Shown: piece by piece, positions 1-8,959 of the stretch
Position numbering within the stretch: position 1 is the first letter of the stretch
How the letters are laid out: each line of letters begins with the position of its first letter
Origin: a virus
IMG/VR virus record: IMGVR_UViG_3300009690_000002
DNA: 42,984 nucleotides
Strand: one strand, 5' to 3'
The notes under the pieces: model-generated
The model's database searches: none
What the model saw: only the letters and a program-made list of their open reading frames with translations
Told to the model about the DNA's origin: nothing
Position numbers and translations under genes: made by a program

Positions 1-123
1 ATATCATTTCCTGCTTTTCAGAGTTTTACTTTCAACGAAGAACGGGAGCTCGAAGGTTTCAAGTGCCCAGCCCTCCATAATAGCTTCGGCTTCCTTAATA
101 TCTTGTGGGTTATCAGAATTGAT
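1..123. repeat. Terminal exact duplication, copy 1 (identical to 42862-42984). It marks circular closure of a 42,861-bp genome.
   Basis: Direct comparison shows bases 1-123 identical to 42862-42984. On the minus strand the polymerase stop (TGA, 4-6) is followed 1 nt later by the ATG of ORF 42591..42863, so gene order is continuous across the junction. Confidence 0.9.
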
Positions 124-1710
124 CCAGACGGAGTCGTGTACCTGATTACGGATATCGAATCCGACTTTATGGAGTAGAACGCAAGATCTCTTAACAATCT
201 CGAACCCTCCACCCTGGATAACATTATTAAAGGCTTTGTGACATTCTGACTTAAATCTAAAGTGTCGTTCCCTTCCGGTCCACATTTTGACTGTTCCATT
301 GTTTTTCTCCGCTGCGTACTGAGCCTGGTAGGACACTTTCTTAACCTCGGGGTAAGTCTTGTGCCAGTTATCAATGATGGCCGGTGAAGCCTTTTCTCCC
401 TTCTTAATATATTGATCTAGTGGGGACCAACCTCCACCATAACCGATGGTAAAGTTGGCTTGCTTCGCATCATACCGTGGGATACCAATTAAGTCCGCAG
501 TTAATTGATGTACATCCCCGTCCCTCTTAGAGAAGATCTCTAACAAAGCTGGTTGTTTACAATAGACTGCCATTAACCTCATCTCTAGGTTCGAGTAGTC
601 AATCTCCACTAGATCATGTCCATCCTCAGGGAGGAAGATTTCCTTCACCTTAGAGTCCCGTGGCACCTGCTGTAGGTTAGGGTTCTCACATGAGAGACGT
701 CCTGTAACAGTCCCATGTTGCTTGAACGAGGGGTGCAAACGTCCTGATAGATGACCAAGTTTCTGATAAGGCCGGAAATAGCTTGTAAGTTGCTTCTTCA
801 ACTCGCTATACTCTAGTAAGAGACCACAGACCGGGTGGTTAGTGTTCTCTAGGAACCGAGTGTTCACTTGGGGCTTACCAGTTTTAGGAGTATAGGACAA
901 TGGCTTCAAACCATAACCAAAGGGAGGGTCGTCAAACAGTTTGGAACGTAAGAGAGCGGGTTTGGATGGATCAAATCCCAACTCCTGTTCAATCTGTTGC
1001 ATCCTTTCCAATGTCAGGACTTCCAATTCAGCGCAACGATCAACGTCGATAAGAATCCCCTTTGTTTCCATACTAGCTAGGAAGAACATGAAGTCCCTAT
1101 CGACTTCGTTCCAATTAGACCTGTATGGTTCAAATAAGGGATCTAACTTATCATGAAGTTCGTAGGTTGAAAGACAGTCTCCGATAGCATACTTAGCCAT
1201 GACATATGGAGGGATAGAATCCCAATATTCCTTCATAGCTTTAGCTATCTTTGTCTCCTTCTGAGTAACCTTGAGTACCTTAGTAAGATGTTCTAGTGAA
1301 TAGCTAAGCTGATTTTCATCAACCCAATGTGCCATAATCATGGTGTCCTCACAGTTATCACGAGGCACCTGTAGGCCATACCTTTCCATGACCTGGTAAT
1401 CGAATTTGGCATTATGGAAGATCAGCTTAGCTTTCACATCTCGAAATAGGTATTTCGGGATATCTATGTTTGTAGCTTCCTCGCCCATGAAAGGCTTGTG
1501 ACCTACAGGGATGTAACCTGACATCTTAGGGTGGTAGAAAGCTAACCCCAGTAAGTACCTTTCCTCGTAGTAATCTGTACGATTAGTTTCAGTGTCAACT
1601 ACGAGCTTATCAGAAGGCCCTAAAGAATCCAGAAACACCTTTACCTTCTGTAGGTTCTCCGGGGTCTGGATCAACATATCTGGAAAAGGTGAGATTATCT
1701 GATCGGGCAA
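4..1710 (-). CDS. polA: Family A (Pol I / T7-like) DNA polymerase with 3'-5' exonuclease domain
   Basis: 568-aa ORF. It has ExoI 'VVDTET', motif A 'EIDYSNLEMRL', motif B 'KQANFTIGYGGG' and motif C 'QVHDSVW'. The start is ambiguous (1710, ATG 1677 or GTG 1638). It must overlap the upstream helicase stop at 1610, because no start codon lies between 1610 and the ExoI motif. Confidence 0.9.
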   Translation of the reverse strand: MPDQIISPFPDMLIQTPENLQKVKVFLDSLGPSDKLVVDTETNRTDYYEERYLLGLAFYHPKMSGYIPVGHKPFMGEEATNIDIPKYLFRDVKAKLIFHNAKFDYQVMERYGLQVPRDNCEDTMIMAHWVDENQLSYSLEHLTKVLKVTQKETKIAKAMKEYWDSIPPYVMAKYAIGDCLSTYELHDKLDPLFEPYRSNWNEVDRDFMFFLASMETKGILIDVDRCAELEVLTLERMQQIEQELGFDPSKPALLRSKLFDDPPFGYGLKPLSYTPKTGKPQVNTRFLENTNHPVCGLLLEYSELKKQLTSYFRPYQKLGHLSGRLHPSFKQHGTVTGRLSCENPNLQQVPRDSKVKEIFLPEDGHDLVEIDYSNLEMRLMAVYCKQPALLEIFSKRDGDVHQLTADLIGIPRYDAKQANFTIGYGGGWSPLDQYIKKGEKASPAIIDNWHKTYPEVKKVSYQAQYAAEKNNGTVKMWTGRERHFRFKSECHKAFNNVIQGGGFEIVKRSCVLLHKVGFDIRNQVHDSVWINSDNPQDIKEAEAIMEGWALETFELPFFVESKTLKSRK

Positions 1711-3250
1711 TTTTGAAATCCTCTCTAGGAGCGTACCTAGACTTAATGACTAGAAGTTCAATATAGGGTTGTCCATCTTCTTGCCAAAGACAAAGGGCTG
1801 TATCTATGTCTTTATTGAGGACCACGGACCCAAAGTTATCCTCTAGTCTGTTAGGTTTCCTTCCAGTTGAACTGTTCTTTCTAGTGTGAGAAATGATGAT
1901 AAACGCACAGTTATACTTCCTCCTGATACGTTTCATCCACCTCGTTAATTGAAGAACTTCGGTACTTTCTTTCAAATCCCCGTCGGAAAGCTCTAGCAAG
2001 GAATCTATAATTACCAAGCCAGGTTTCGTACGCTCGATCAATTCTTCGTACTGTAGAAGACTTCCTGGCTCGTCCATAATTAAGGAGTTGCTGAACCATG
2101 TCGACAAATCGTCGAAGTCCTGCACCTGCTTTTGCAAGAGAAACTTCAATTCTCTGGTATCCATTTCCAAACTCATAAATAATGTCCGAGTCTTGGAGAC
2201 TTGCTGTCCTAAAAACTCTCCCCCCACAGAAAATGCATGTGCCATCTGAATTGCTAACTGAGTCTTGCCCACACCTGGGGCACCAGTCAAAATAAGCAGG
2301 CCCTGTTGATGGAGCCATTTCTCTATCAGCCATTGTAATTCCTCTGTAAACTCTAAGATGTCCTTCGGTGTATAAACCGAGATATCTTGTTCTTGCTCTA
2401 CTGAGTGGATGGCAATACTCGCCATCTCACTAATTCTGGTCAGCCTATCTGAGCGATCCTCAGGGAATTTACCAATCCTGTCGTTGATATAATTTAAGAG
2501 CGTAGCTACTTGTGAATGATTACACCCTATCTCAGCTAATTCATGTGCAATCTTGTACATGAACTGTGATCTATCACCTACAGCGGGGCTCTCTCGTTCA
2601 ATCTTGAACTTGAGGCTCTTAAGTAGGGGTAGCTGGTTCAGGAGTTTAACGGGATCAAGTAACTGTGCTTCAGTTATCTCAACTTTCTTAGCAGGTACCT
2701 CAGGAGCTTCATCAAAACTAGCAAACGCTTTAGGAACCCCAGGTTCAAAATGTACTAGAGTTACTGGAACTCCACCACGCTTTTGGTTCTGAGACTCCGG
2801 TGGCCTTAAGACTTGGTTTGATTCAGCCCCCGATGAATCTGCCTGTAGGTAATAGGTAAGACGCTTGTTTAAATCTTCTAGGGATGGACCATCTGTAATA
2901 GTTCCTGTTTTCCAGTAAGCATGTACATGAGTTTCACTGGAGGTTTGGACTATGGCATCTGGTTTTGGAAGCCCTTTAAAGTCAATGTGCTCTTTGCCAT
3001 CGAATTCGACCCAAACAACTTGGGACGACTTGAAGGACTCTCGTTTGGAGTTCTTCTTAACAAAGAGTGCTGGCGCTAAGTAGACGTCACCCAGATTAGA
3101 ACTGGATCTGATATGTTTAATCAGACCTTGACGTTCAAGAGGCCAGGAGAAGTAAGCTTCTTCCCATTTATCTGGCTTCTTTACTGGGGAGTAAACAAAT
3201 CCCTGCTGACCCTCAAATAGGAAGTTAACGAATTTCTCTAAATCATCCAT
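1610..3250 (-). CDS. Bifunctional primase-polymerase (AEP-like) / RecA-fold replicative helicase
   Basis: The N-terminal half has 'VVWVEFDGK' and 'SSETHVHAYW' (AEP/prim-pol-like). The C-terminal half has Walker A 'GAPGVGKTQ' and Walker B-like 'LVIIDSL'. The ORF track begins at a TTG (3274) inside a hairpin, so ATG 3248-3250 (MDDLEKF) is preferred. Confidence 0.7.
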   Translation of the reverse strand: MDDLEKFVNFLFEGQQGFVYSPVKKPDKWEEAYFSWPLERQGLIKHIRSSSNLGDVYLAPALFVKKNSKRESFKSSQVVWVEFDGKEHIDFKGLPKPDAIVQTSSETHVHAYWKTGTITDGPSLEDLNKRLTYYLQADSSGAESNQVLRPPESQNQKRGGVPVTLVHFEPGVPKAFASFDEAPEVPAKKVEITEAQLLDPVKLLNQLPLLKSLKFKIERESPAVGDRSQFMYKIAHELAEIGCNHSQVATLLNYINDRIGKFPEDRSDRLTRISEMASIAIHSVEQEQDISVYTPKDILEFTEELQWLIEKWLHQQGLLILTGAPGVGKTQLAIQMAHAFSVGGEFLGQQVSKTRTLFMSLEMDTRELKFLLQKQVQDFDDLSTWFSNSLIMDEPGSLLQYEELIERTKPGLVIIDSLLELSDGDLKESTEVLQLTRWMKRIRRKYNCAFIIISHTRKNSSTGRKPNRLEDNFGSVVLNKDIDTALCLWQEDGQPYIELLVIKSRYAPREDFKIARSDNLTFSRYVDPDPGEPTEGKGVSGFFRAF

Positions 3251-3260
3251 TTGAGCATAA

Positions 3261-3287
3261 CCCCCTGTAGGCAAAGCCTACAGGGGG
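3261..3287. terminator. Perfect 12-bp-stem hairpin (CCCCCTGTAGGC-AAA-GCCTACAGGGGG) between the SSB and primase genes
   Basis: The inverted repeat was read directly. Both arms contain the genome-wide CCTGTAGG word. The T-run lies on the plus-strand side only, so a terminator role for the leftward operon is uncertain. Confidence 0.4.
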
Positions 3288-3296
3288 TTTAATATC

Positions 3297-3674
3297 TCAG
3301 CTATTGGGAGCGTAAGCGGTCAGGTTAGCATATACCTGAGTACCGACTTGAGTGTGCTCTACAGTTGCAACGAAAGTCTTTCCAACGAGATCATCCAGGT
3401 CAAGATCAAAGTCACCTGATGGGAGTTCACCAAAGAGTGCTTCAAGGAACAGCTTAAAGTTCCAGAGAGCATTTTCCTTCATTGAAAAAAAGGTAAGAAC
3501 CTTACGTCCGTTGTTCTCACCTGAATCTACCACAGTGGAGTTAATCACTACATTAGTAGAATCCCCTGCCTTGTTGTCCTTTTCTTTAGCGTCCTCCACA
3601 ATAAAGGTGAAGGTCCCCTCGTCAACAATGGTAAAGCCGGTCTCTACGTTATCAAAGTTCAAGTTAAGGCTCAT
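3297..3674 (-). CDS. Putative ssDNA-binding protein (DUF669-like)
   Basis: About 125 aa. The ATG at 3672-3674 forms an ATGA overlap with the upstream stop. Its position directly after a Sak4-like ATPase is the usual DUF669 + AAA_24 pairing. The sequence resemblance is judged from memory only. Confidence 0.45.
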   Translation of the reverse strand: MSLNLNFDNVETGFTIVDEGTFTFIVEDAKEKDNKAGDSTNVVINSTVVDSGENNGRKVLTFFSMKENALWNFKLFLEALFGELPSGDFDLDLDDLVGKTFVATVEHTQVGTQVYANLTAYAPNS

Positions 3675-4348
3675 TTGTAAATATCCTTCCAAGTTGGGTT
3701 TTCTAGTTTACTCTCAGTGAGAGCTTGTCGGTTCTTTGCTAAGATCTTGCCCTGTGAAGTCACAGTGACTGTTCTCTTTACTTTCCCCGACAAATCTTTG
3801 TCTGCTTCAATGTAGAACACTTCGTTAATCAACCTCTCGATTGATGCACGAACTTCCGGAGGAAGGTGTGGACGTACTTGTAGCAGCTTATTGGTTTCAC
3901 TATCACGTAGCTCTCGCTCATGGGCGATGAGTACTACGTGAGCTTTCACATCAATCAACGTGTAGAACACACGCTTCATAACGTTTGTGATCTTACGGAA
4001 ATCCTGGAACAGAGCTAAATCTGAGTCCCGGTTCTTCTGACCCTTCATATGCTCCATGAGGATAGTCTCATACATGGAACTGATAGAGTCGATCACAATT
4101 GTGTCATACCCTGTAGGTTTCAACACATATTCTAAGATGTTCCCTACGTTCGCTAGCTCTTTCCTATCGGAAATAACTGCAATGTCCGGGTGGGTTTTTC
4201 TTAGAGTTGTTGTCGAGTTCTCAAAGTCTAAAAAGACTGGGTTAGGTGCTCCTGCTGCAAATGTAGTCTTACCTACACCGGGAGAACCATATACCAAGAG
4301 TCTGACATAATCATTCTTCTCCTGAAGTTTCGTAGGTGATAGTGCCAT
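3671..4348 (-). CDS. Sak4-like RecA-fold recombination ATPase (AAA_24 type)
   Basis: Walker A 'YGSPGVGKTT' and Walker B 'DTIVIDSIS'. Size is 225 aa, in a recombination-module context. Confidence 0.7.
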   Translation of the reverse strand: MALSPTKLQEKNDYVRLLVYGSPGVGKTTFAAGAPNPVFLDFENSTTTLRKTHPDIAVISDRKELANVGNILEYVLKPTGYDTIVIDSISSMYETILMEHMKGQKNRDSDLALFQDFRKITNVMKRVFYTLIDVKAHVVLIAHERELRDSETNKLLQVRPHLPPEVRASIERLINEVFYIEADKDLSGKVKRTVTVTSQGKILAKNRQALTESKLENPTWKDIYK

Positions 4349-4511
4349 CAGTTACCCTTATGGAAAATTTGCATGATCCGGTAGTTTCCTCAAAGTATCC
4401 GTTGACAACATCAATGGACGCTGACGTTCCATCGGAGCTTCGGAATGTTACTTTCGTTAACCTCTTTACTGTCATCGGGGTTCTCGCTTTGAACCGTGTT
4501 TTCTGATTCAT
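4311..4511 (-). CDS. Hypothetical protein (66 aa)
   Basis: ORF only. It overlaps the 3' tail of the Cas4-like gene by 101 nt and the Sak4 start by 38 nt. The start is uncertain. Confidence 0.35.
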   Translation of the reverse strand: MNQKTRFKARTPMTVKRLTKVTFRSSDGTSASIDVVNGYFEETTGSCKFSIRVTDGTITYETSGEE

Positions 4512-5355
4512 ACCTTGTCCTAATAACTACCCAGGGATCAATGCCCTTTAGCTCCAACCTACAGATGGGGAGGTAAGGACAATTACCACAGGAGGACAGG
4601 TTCTGTAAAGTTCCAGGTTCTCTTTGCTTGTTATCAATCTCCTTTAGGTAGTTCCACCAATTTTCATAAAAGGTGGCTGATCGTTTGCTCCTGTAGGTCT
4701 TAAATAGTTCCGTTTTGACCGGGTTCTTAGGAGGCTGTGAATGGAGAAAGTTAGTTTCAAGCTCAGCTACTTCCCCAGTTTCCAGATACCAAAGGGTTCC
4801 ATAAGTGTTAAGTTGGAAAGAAGTATCTGTACTATGTTGGCTATGGGTTGTAGGATTTCCACCAGTCTTGTGATCCCGGATCACCCTAACCTTGGATTTT
4901 GTATCCCAATAGATTAAGTCAGCAAATCCGTGAATTAACCTACCATTGTACTCTCTCTGTAGGTGGTACTCCACGAGTAGATCAGTGATATCCATATCAA
5001 TCATTGGGGATCGGTTTATCACGAACCCGATGAAAGTACGGATGCACTCATCATAGAAGATAGGGTCTACTTCATCCCCCGCTTCCTCAAAGTCTTGGGC
5101 TACTCTTGCCTTGAGAATATCCAGCAATTCAGTGTCACCAATTTCAAATTCATTGAGAAGTGAATAGTAGAAGTGACAGAGCTCATGGATATAGGAACCC
5201 TTATCCATTGAACGAGTGGATGGTTGTTTGGGCCTCATTTCGCGACCGTAGCTGTATTCCCATTTACGCTCGCATTGCAGAAACACACTAGCCTGGGTAG
5301 GACTAAGTGTTCCCGGAACCTCAAAGGGAGGCAAAGAAGGATTCGGATACATCAA
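4411..5355 (-). CDS. Cas4/RecB-like PD-(D/E)XK exonuclease with 4-Cys cluster
   Basis: 'FADLIYWD...VIRDHKTGG' fits the D...(D/E)xK motif. An N-terminal Cys ('LQCERKW') plus C-terminal 'CGNCPYLPIC' gives the Cas4/AddB-type Fe-S ligand pattern. Confidence 0.75.
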   Translation of the reverse strand: MMYPNPSLPPFEVPGTLSPTQASVFLQCERKWEYSYGREMRPKQPSTRSMDKGSYIHELCHFYYSLLNEFEIGDTELLDILKARVAQDFEEAGDEVDPIFYDECIRTFIGFVINRSPMIDMDITDLLVEYHLQREYNGRLIHGFADLIYWDTKSKVRVIRDHKTGGNPTTHSQHSTDTSFQLNTYGTLWYLETGEVAELETNFLHSQPPKNPVKTELFKTYRSKRSATFYENWWNYLKEIDNKQREPGTLQNLSSCGNCPYLPICRLELKGIDPWVVIRTRYESENTVQSENPDDSKEVNESNIPKLRWNVSVH

Positions 5356-5539
5356 ACCATACCTCCTTACCTACAGGGAGGAAATCAATGATGTCATCCT
5401 GATAAAGGAGAATCCCTAAGAACGTCTTGTTGAAATCAAAAGCTCTCATTGGCTTCCAATTAGTGTTCTCAGTAATCCATCTACAGGTTCCAATACTGTT
5501 TTTATTGGTCAGACTGGGTGTAACGCGTGTAGGTGTCAA
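5321..5539 (-). CDS. Hypothetical protein (72 aa)
   Basis: ORF in the operon orientation. No recognisable motif. Confidence 0.45.
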   Translation of the reverse strand: MTPTRVTPSLTNKNSIGTCRWITENTNWKPMRAFDFNKTFLGILLYQDDIIDFLPVGKEVWFDVSESFFASL

Positions 5540-5735
5540 CTAAACCTCCTAATGCAAACTCAATGTTATCCGGGAGAGACATTAAAACTCTTTGGTCAGA
5601 AGTCTCAATCCTTAAGACATGTCCATAAGTCTCAGTGTTTATATCCAGGAAAACACTTACTTCCTCTGGAGCAACAATCCAGTGTGTTGCCTTGTCACTC
5701 GCATTGGCCGGACCTTCCTTAAATTCTCGTCCCAA
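5502..5735 (-). CDS. Hypothetical protein (77 aa; TTG start in the ORF track, true start uncertain)
   Basis: ORF in the operon orientation. It overlaps the deaminase 3' end by 79 nt if the TTG start is used. Confidence 0.4.
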   Translation of the reverse strand: MGREFKEGPANASDKATHWIVAPEEVSVFLDINTETYGHVLRIETSDQRVLMSLPDNIEFALGGLVDTYTRYTQSDQ

Positions 5736-6070
5736 AACACCATCTCCTTAATCTCTTGCTCCAGAATCATCCTCATGCAACGTCCACATGGTTTGGAAGG
5801 TTTCACCCTACCATCCTGGTCGATTCTTGCAATGTATAGGGTTGCTCCTGATCGCATATGTCTTGGCATCAAATTGATACAGGACTTTTCAGCATGGGTT
5901 GTTAAATCAGTATAAGGAACACCAAATGATGAGTTCCGGTGAGTGTTGAAAGTTCCAGTGATAATTGTAGACTTATACACTGAAACACAACCTACACGTA
6001 CTCTGTGCTCCCCAAACTCTGCCAACTCCAATGCTTTCTGATAGAAATACTCGTCCTTCTTAGTTATCAT
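5657..6070 (-). CDS. dCMP/cytidine deaminase-family zinc enzyme
   Basis: 'THAEKSCI' (H-A-E) and 'PCGRCMRMI' (PCxxC) are the zinc-binding signature of CMP/dCMP deaminases. 137 aa. Confidence 0.75.
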   Translation of the reverse strand: MITKKDEYFYQKALELAEFGEHRVRVGCVSVYKSTIITGTFNTHRNSSFGVPYTDLTTHAEKSCINLMPRHMRSGATLYIARIDQDGRVKPSKPCGRCMRMILEQEIKEMVFWDENLRKVRPMRVTRQHTGLLLQRK

Positions 6071-6440
6071 AAGGGAACGTCACTTCAATCTCATACCCTG
6101 TTCCACAATAACCGTGGCCATCGTCCCCCTCTACAACAAGTAGTTCATGTTCTTGCATGTTAAAAGCTAGAACAAAAATCTTATAAGTATGTTTCGTTCC
6201 GAGATATTCAGAAGATTCATCTGAGAACCAAACATCAGTAATAGCATGGGGGACTGTGACCATCTTTTCAATGTAGTAATCCCCAGCCCCACAAATACAT
6301 CCTTCATTGGGAATAACTTTTAGTTCAACTCCATTGTCTAGAATGAAGGAACCCCCACGGACTTCTACAACAGTTCTCCAAAGTAAGAGTTCCTTAATAG
6401 AATTAGTATCTTCTTCACTATATCGATACATCTTATTCAT
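6060..6440 (-). CDS. Hypothetical protein (126 aa)
   Basis: ORF in the operon orientation. It overlaps the deaminase start by 11 nt. Confidence 0.55.
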   Translation of the reverse strand: MNKMYRYSEEDTNSIKELLLWRTVVEVRGGSFILDNGVELKVIPNEGCICGAGDYYIEKMVTVPHAITDVWFSDESSEYLGTKHTYKIFVLAFNMQEHELLVVEGDDGHGYCGTGYEIEVTFPYDN

Positions 6441-6848
6441 TTTCTACCATCCAAATTCTAGAGAAAGTCCAGAAAGAAAACCAAAAGGCTGGGAACAAAA
6501 AGAGTAGAGGTATATCCCAAATTAAAAATGGGAAGTAGATCAGTGCTTGAACTAAGCACCAGATGAGAAATAGCAAGCTTCCACCTTACTGTTATTGAAC
6601 TAGAAGGGAGCAAATGCTCGGGTGCAAAGCACCATAGTTCGAGTGCCCAGTATAATAAAAGGTTCCTTCTGTTCCTTATTATAACGAACCAATTATTAGA
6701 CCTTACTGTTTCGTACCAACCGACTCTCCCCTAGATCTCGGGCTTCCAGGTTTGAGATGGTATTTATCAGTATTTAGCTCCGGGCCAGAGCTCCTAATTA
6801 GGTGGAGGGGAGAAAGAGTGAGAAAGAACCCTCCGCCTAATTAGTGAA

Positions 6849-7541
6849 TCAATCCTCTACTTCTTCTTCGTCCTCATCCTCATTCCGCTGGCCAGAAAGA
6901 ATCTTTCCGTTGGGGAGTTCGAAGTCATCGAATGAAACACCATCCTTAGTATCGAACCCCGAATCACGGAGAGCCTTAGTAAGATCGGCACTCTTTTCGT
7001 AGCCGTTCTCCTTAGCAATCTGACCAATGGTCTTATCTACTTCCTCATCATTGATGTAGAAAGTAAACATTGAAAGGTTACGAGGACCACGAGGACCACT
7101 TGCACCACGGCGAGATGATGGCATCTCCAATGGTTCCTCACCAACACTTTCAGCAACACCAACAACAGCCTTAATCTGTTGGTAGAGTTCTGAGCGCTGC
7201 TTTGAAAGAGTTTCAGCTTGCTCAGGAGTAATCAAAGCCTCCTGAACAGGTTGACTCTCAACAAGAGCCTCAACATATGCGGAAACTTCTGCATCGAAGC
7301 TCTTACGAAGCTCAGTCTGGAAAGCTGAAACAACAGCAGCCTTCTTTTCTGCATCCAGGTTCTTGATAAAACCGAGAACATCATCGAGAGCAGCACGATA
7401 AACAGTGGAGTGCTTATCAGTTAGATCAGCAACAATCTTACGCTTTCCAGCAGCCTTGCCACCGGAAAGTGAATCGAGCTGAGCATCAATCTCATTGATA
7501 GCTTCGAGCAACTTGCCATGAATTTCTTTAAGGTCAGCCAT
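6849..7541 (-). CDS. Hypothetical protein with basic 'RRGASGPRGPR' segment and strongly acidic C-terminal tail (NEDEDEEEVED)
   Basis: 230-aa ORF flanked on both sides by non-coding DNA (6441-6848 and 7542-7661). An 'AAAGGAT' SD precedes the ATG. An inverted repeat with 12-nt arms (one mismatch) lies just downstream. Confidence 0.7.
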   Translation of the reverse strand: MADLKEIHGKLLEAINEIDAQLDSLSGGKAAGKRKIVADLTDKHSTVYRAALDDVLGFIKNLDAEKKAAVVSAFQTELRKSFDAEVSAYVEALVESQPVQEALITPEQAETLSKQRSELYQQIKAVVGVAESVGEEPLEMPSSRRGASGPRGPRNLSMFTFYINDEEVDKTIGQIAKENGYEKSADLTKALRDSGFDTKDGVSFDDFELPNGKILSGQRNEDEDEEEVED

Positions 7542-7661
7542 TTCTTTTTATCCTTTATTTGTAGGGGCGGTCTTCCGCCGGTAGGTACAGTGTACCACGG
7601 GTCGATAGTCGGGCACTATGGGCAAGTGTGACTATATTTCACTATCGGTCTCGGTGACTGT

Positions 7662-8021
7662 TCACCACAGCCGGGAGGTATCTATCTGTGATTCTCCAAC
7701 TGCGGTTTGTTTATCTTGCATCTTATGACAGGAAACACATCTCCATTCTAGGAATTCAACCTCATTGATTGTTAGATCTTTAGTTACATGATCTGCCTGT
7801 AGGCTCGAAGTCAGTACCCTATTTTCCTCGGGCCAGATTTCCTCAAACCAGGAAGGAGCATCTTTAGGAGGCTCCATAGATGTCTTTCCGCAATCAACGT
7901 GACCTACAGGGGAGTCATAACCTGCACATTTAAAGGGGACATACGCTTCGAACAAAGTTTTCCTCGCTCGACGTCTACCTGTCGATCGAACATCTTTCAT
8001 TGGTTTACGTTGTACCATCAT
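7662..8021 (-). CDS. HNH endonuclease
   Basis: 'CAGY...DCGK', then 'LQADHVTKD...N...WRCVSCHK'. This is the classical Cys-box plus H-N-H arrangement. Confidence 0.7.
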   Translation of the reverse strand: MMVQRKPMKDVRSTGRRRARKTLFEAYVPFKCAGYDSPVGHVDCGKTSMEPPKDAPSWFEEIWPEENRVLTSSLQADHVTKDLTINEVEFLEWRCVSCHKMQDKQTAVGESQIDTSRLW

Positions 8022-8296
8022 ACTTCAGCAATCACTCTAATAATTGAGAAAGGGCCGCGGAAGAAAGAGGCGTAGTAATGTCCAGTCGTCCCATTATCCC
8101 AGAGAATCTCATAGACCGGTTCCTTCACCCGCTTTCGTGGCACGTCTGATAGACAGATAACAACTCCTAAACTTGGGAGGATCTCCCTATCGTTATAGAT
8201 GACTCTATCTCCAGCTTCGGGTTCCTTATCTAAATAAGTAATCCCCCGCTCCTGTAGGTCGGCCCATTCTTTCCTTCTAATCTCGAGCAGGTTCAT
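8018..8296 (-). CDS. Hypothetical protein (92 aa)
   Basis: ORF with 4-nt overlaps to both neighbours, suggesting translational coupling. Confidence 0.55.
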   Translation of the reverse strand: MNLLEIRRKEWADLQERGITYLDKEPEAGDRVIYNDREILPSLGVVICLSDVPRKRVKEPVYEILWDNGTTGHYYASFFRGPFSIIRVIAEV

Positions 8297-8478
8297 CTAA
8301 TGACCTCCACTTTCTGTGTGAGTCCATGACGCTTTAGATAGAGCTCTAAGTTTTTGGCAGCGTTTTCCTTCGTCTTGTGAACACCGGAAACATGAATGAC
8401 ATTATTGCGACGGAACTCCCTGATCTCGTACTTCTTTTTCCAATGGCTCCAGATAACCAGTACTTCTAAGTTCTTCAT
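8293..8478 (-). CDS. Hypothetical protein (61 aa)
   Basis: ORF in the operon orientation. Confidence 0.45.
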   Translation of the reverse strand: MKNLEVLVIWSHWKKKYEIREFRRNNVIHVSGVHKTKENAAKNLELYLKRHGLTQKVEVIR

Positions 8479-8914
8479 AAAAGTCCTTCCACATATTACG
8501 TAGCCTTACAGGCAAGGGGTTTTCGGGGTATGGTACACAAAATCCGTATGCGCTCAGGGTATGGCATTCCCCTAACCAAGGGCACGCCGACCCGCAGGCG
8601 TGAGAATGGAGCACAATGAGAGCATCCTGGTGTGAGAGGTAGGGTATAGCCTCCCGTGCTGAGGGGGGTCCATAAAGGTGAACAATAGTAGATGGTAGAG
8701 TTTTCTCTAAACTAATGTCCGAGGTGTCATAAAACCCTACATACTGAGACCAGAATGGGACATATGGGTATGGACCGATTCTTAGTCTCGGTTCTCTATA
8801 TGGATCACGAGGGATAGTCCTAACATGACCTACAGGGGCCTTCGTTATCTTCTTCTGGATAGGTTCAGATAGTAGGCTTTTGATATCTCTTTGCAGGGAG
8901 TCCCAATCTTTCAC
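8402..8914 (-). CDS. Hypothetical Cys/His-rich protein (170 aa)
   Basis: GTG start preceded by 'GAAAGGAGGTGA'. Contains 'HSHACGSACPWLGECH'. Confidence 0.55.
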   Translation of the reverse strand: MKDWDSLQRDIKSLLSEPIQKKITKAPVGHVRTIPRDPYREPRLRIGPYPYVPFWSQYVGFYDTSDISLEKTLPSTIVHLYGPPSAREAIPYLSHQDALIVLHSHACGSACPWLGECHTLSAYGFCVPYPENPLPVRLRNMWKDFYEELRSTGYLEPLEKEVRDQGVPSQ

Positions 8915-8959
8915 GAGCTAGGTTCACCTCCTTTCTAATCCTCTTAACCTCAAAGTAGA

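Noticed and set aside
1610-1710. Two gene overlaps of exactly 101 nt (1610-1710 and 4411-4511) as possible programmed frameshift sites
   Set aside because: No slippery heptamer or downstream structure was noticed. The identical length probably reflects longest-ORF calling. The polymerase can start at GTG 1638, giving a 29-nt overlap. An assembly indel cannot be excluded without reads.
18-2792. Track ORFs 18..374 and 1911..2333 (same strand, alternative frame) and 941..1156 and 2553..2792 (antisense), inside the polymerase and helicase genes
   Set aside because: They are embedded in genes with strong motif support and have no independent signals. Treated as spurious. The same reasoning applies to similar embedded ORFs in terL, portal, capsid and the tail genes.
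6600-6660. tRNA-like 'GTTCGAG' T-loop resemblance with neighbouring short stems
   Set aside because: I could not fold it into a cloverleaf on either strand. The flanking stems have 3-4-nt loops, and there is no acceptor stem or 7-nt anticodon loop.
6798-6840. Inverted repeat with 12-nt arms downstream of gene 6849..7541, as its rho-independent terminator
   Set aside because: On the minus (transcribed) strand the stem has a C-A mismatch and no following U-tract. It pairs better as plus-strand RNA. It is mentioned as a hairpin but not called a terminator.
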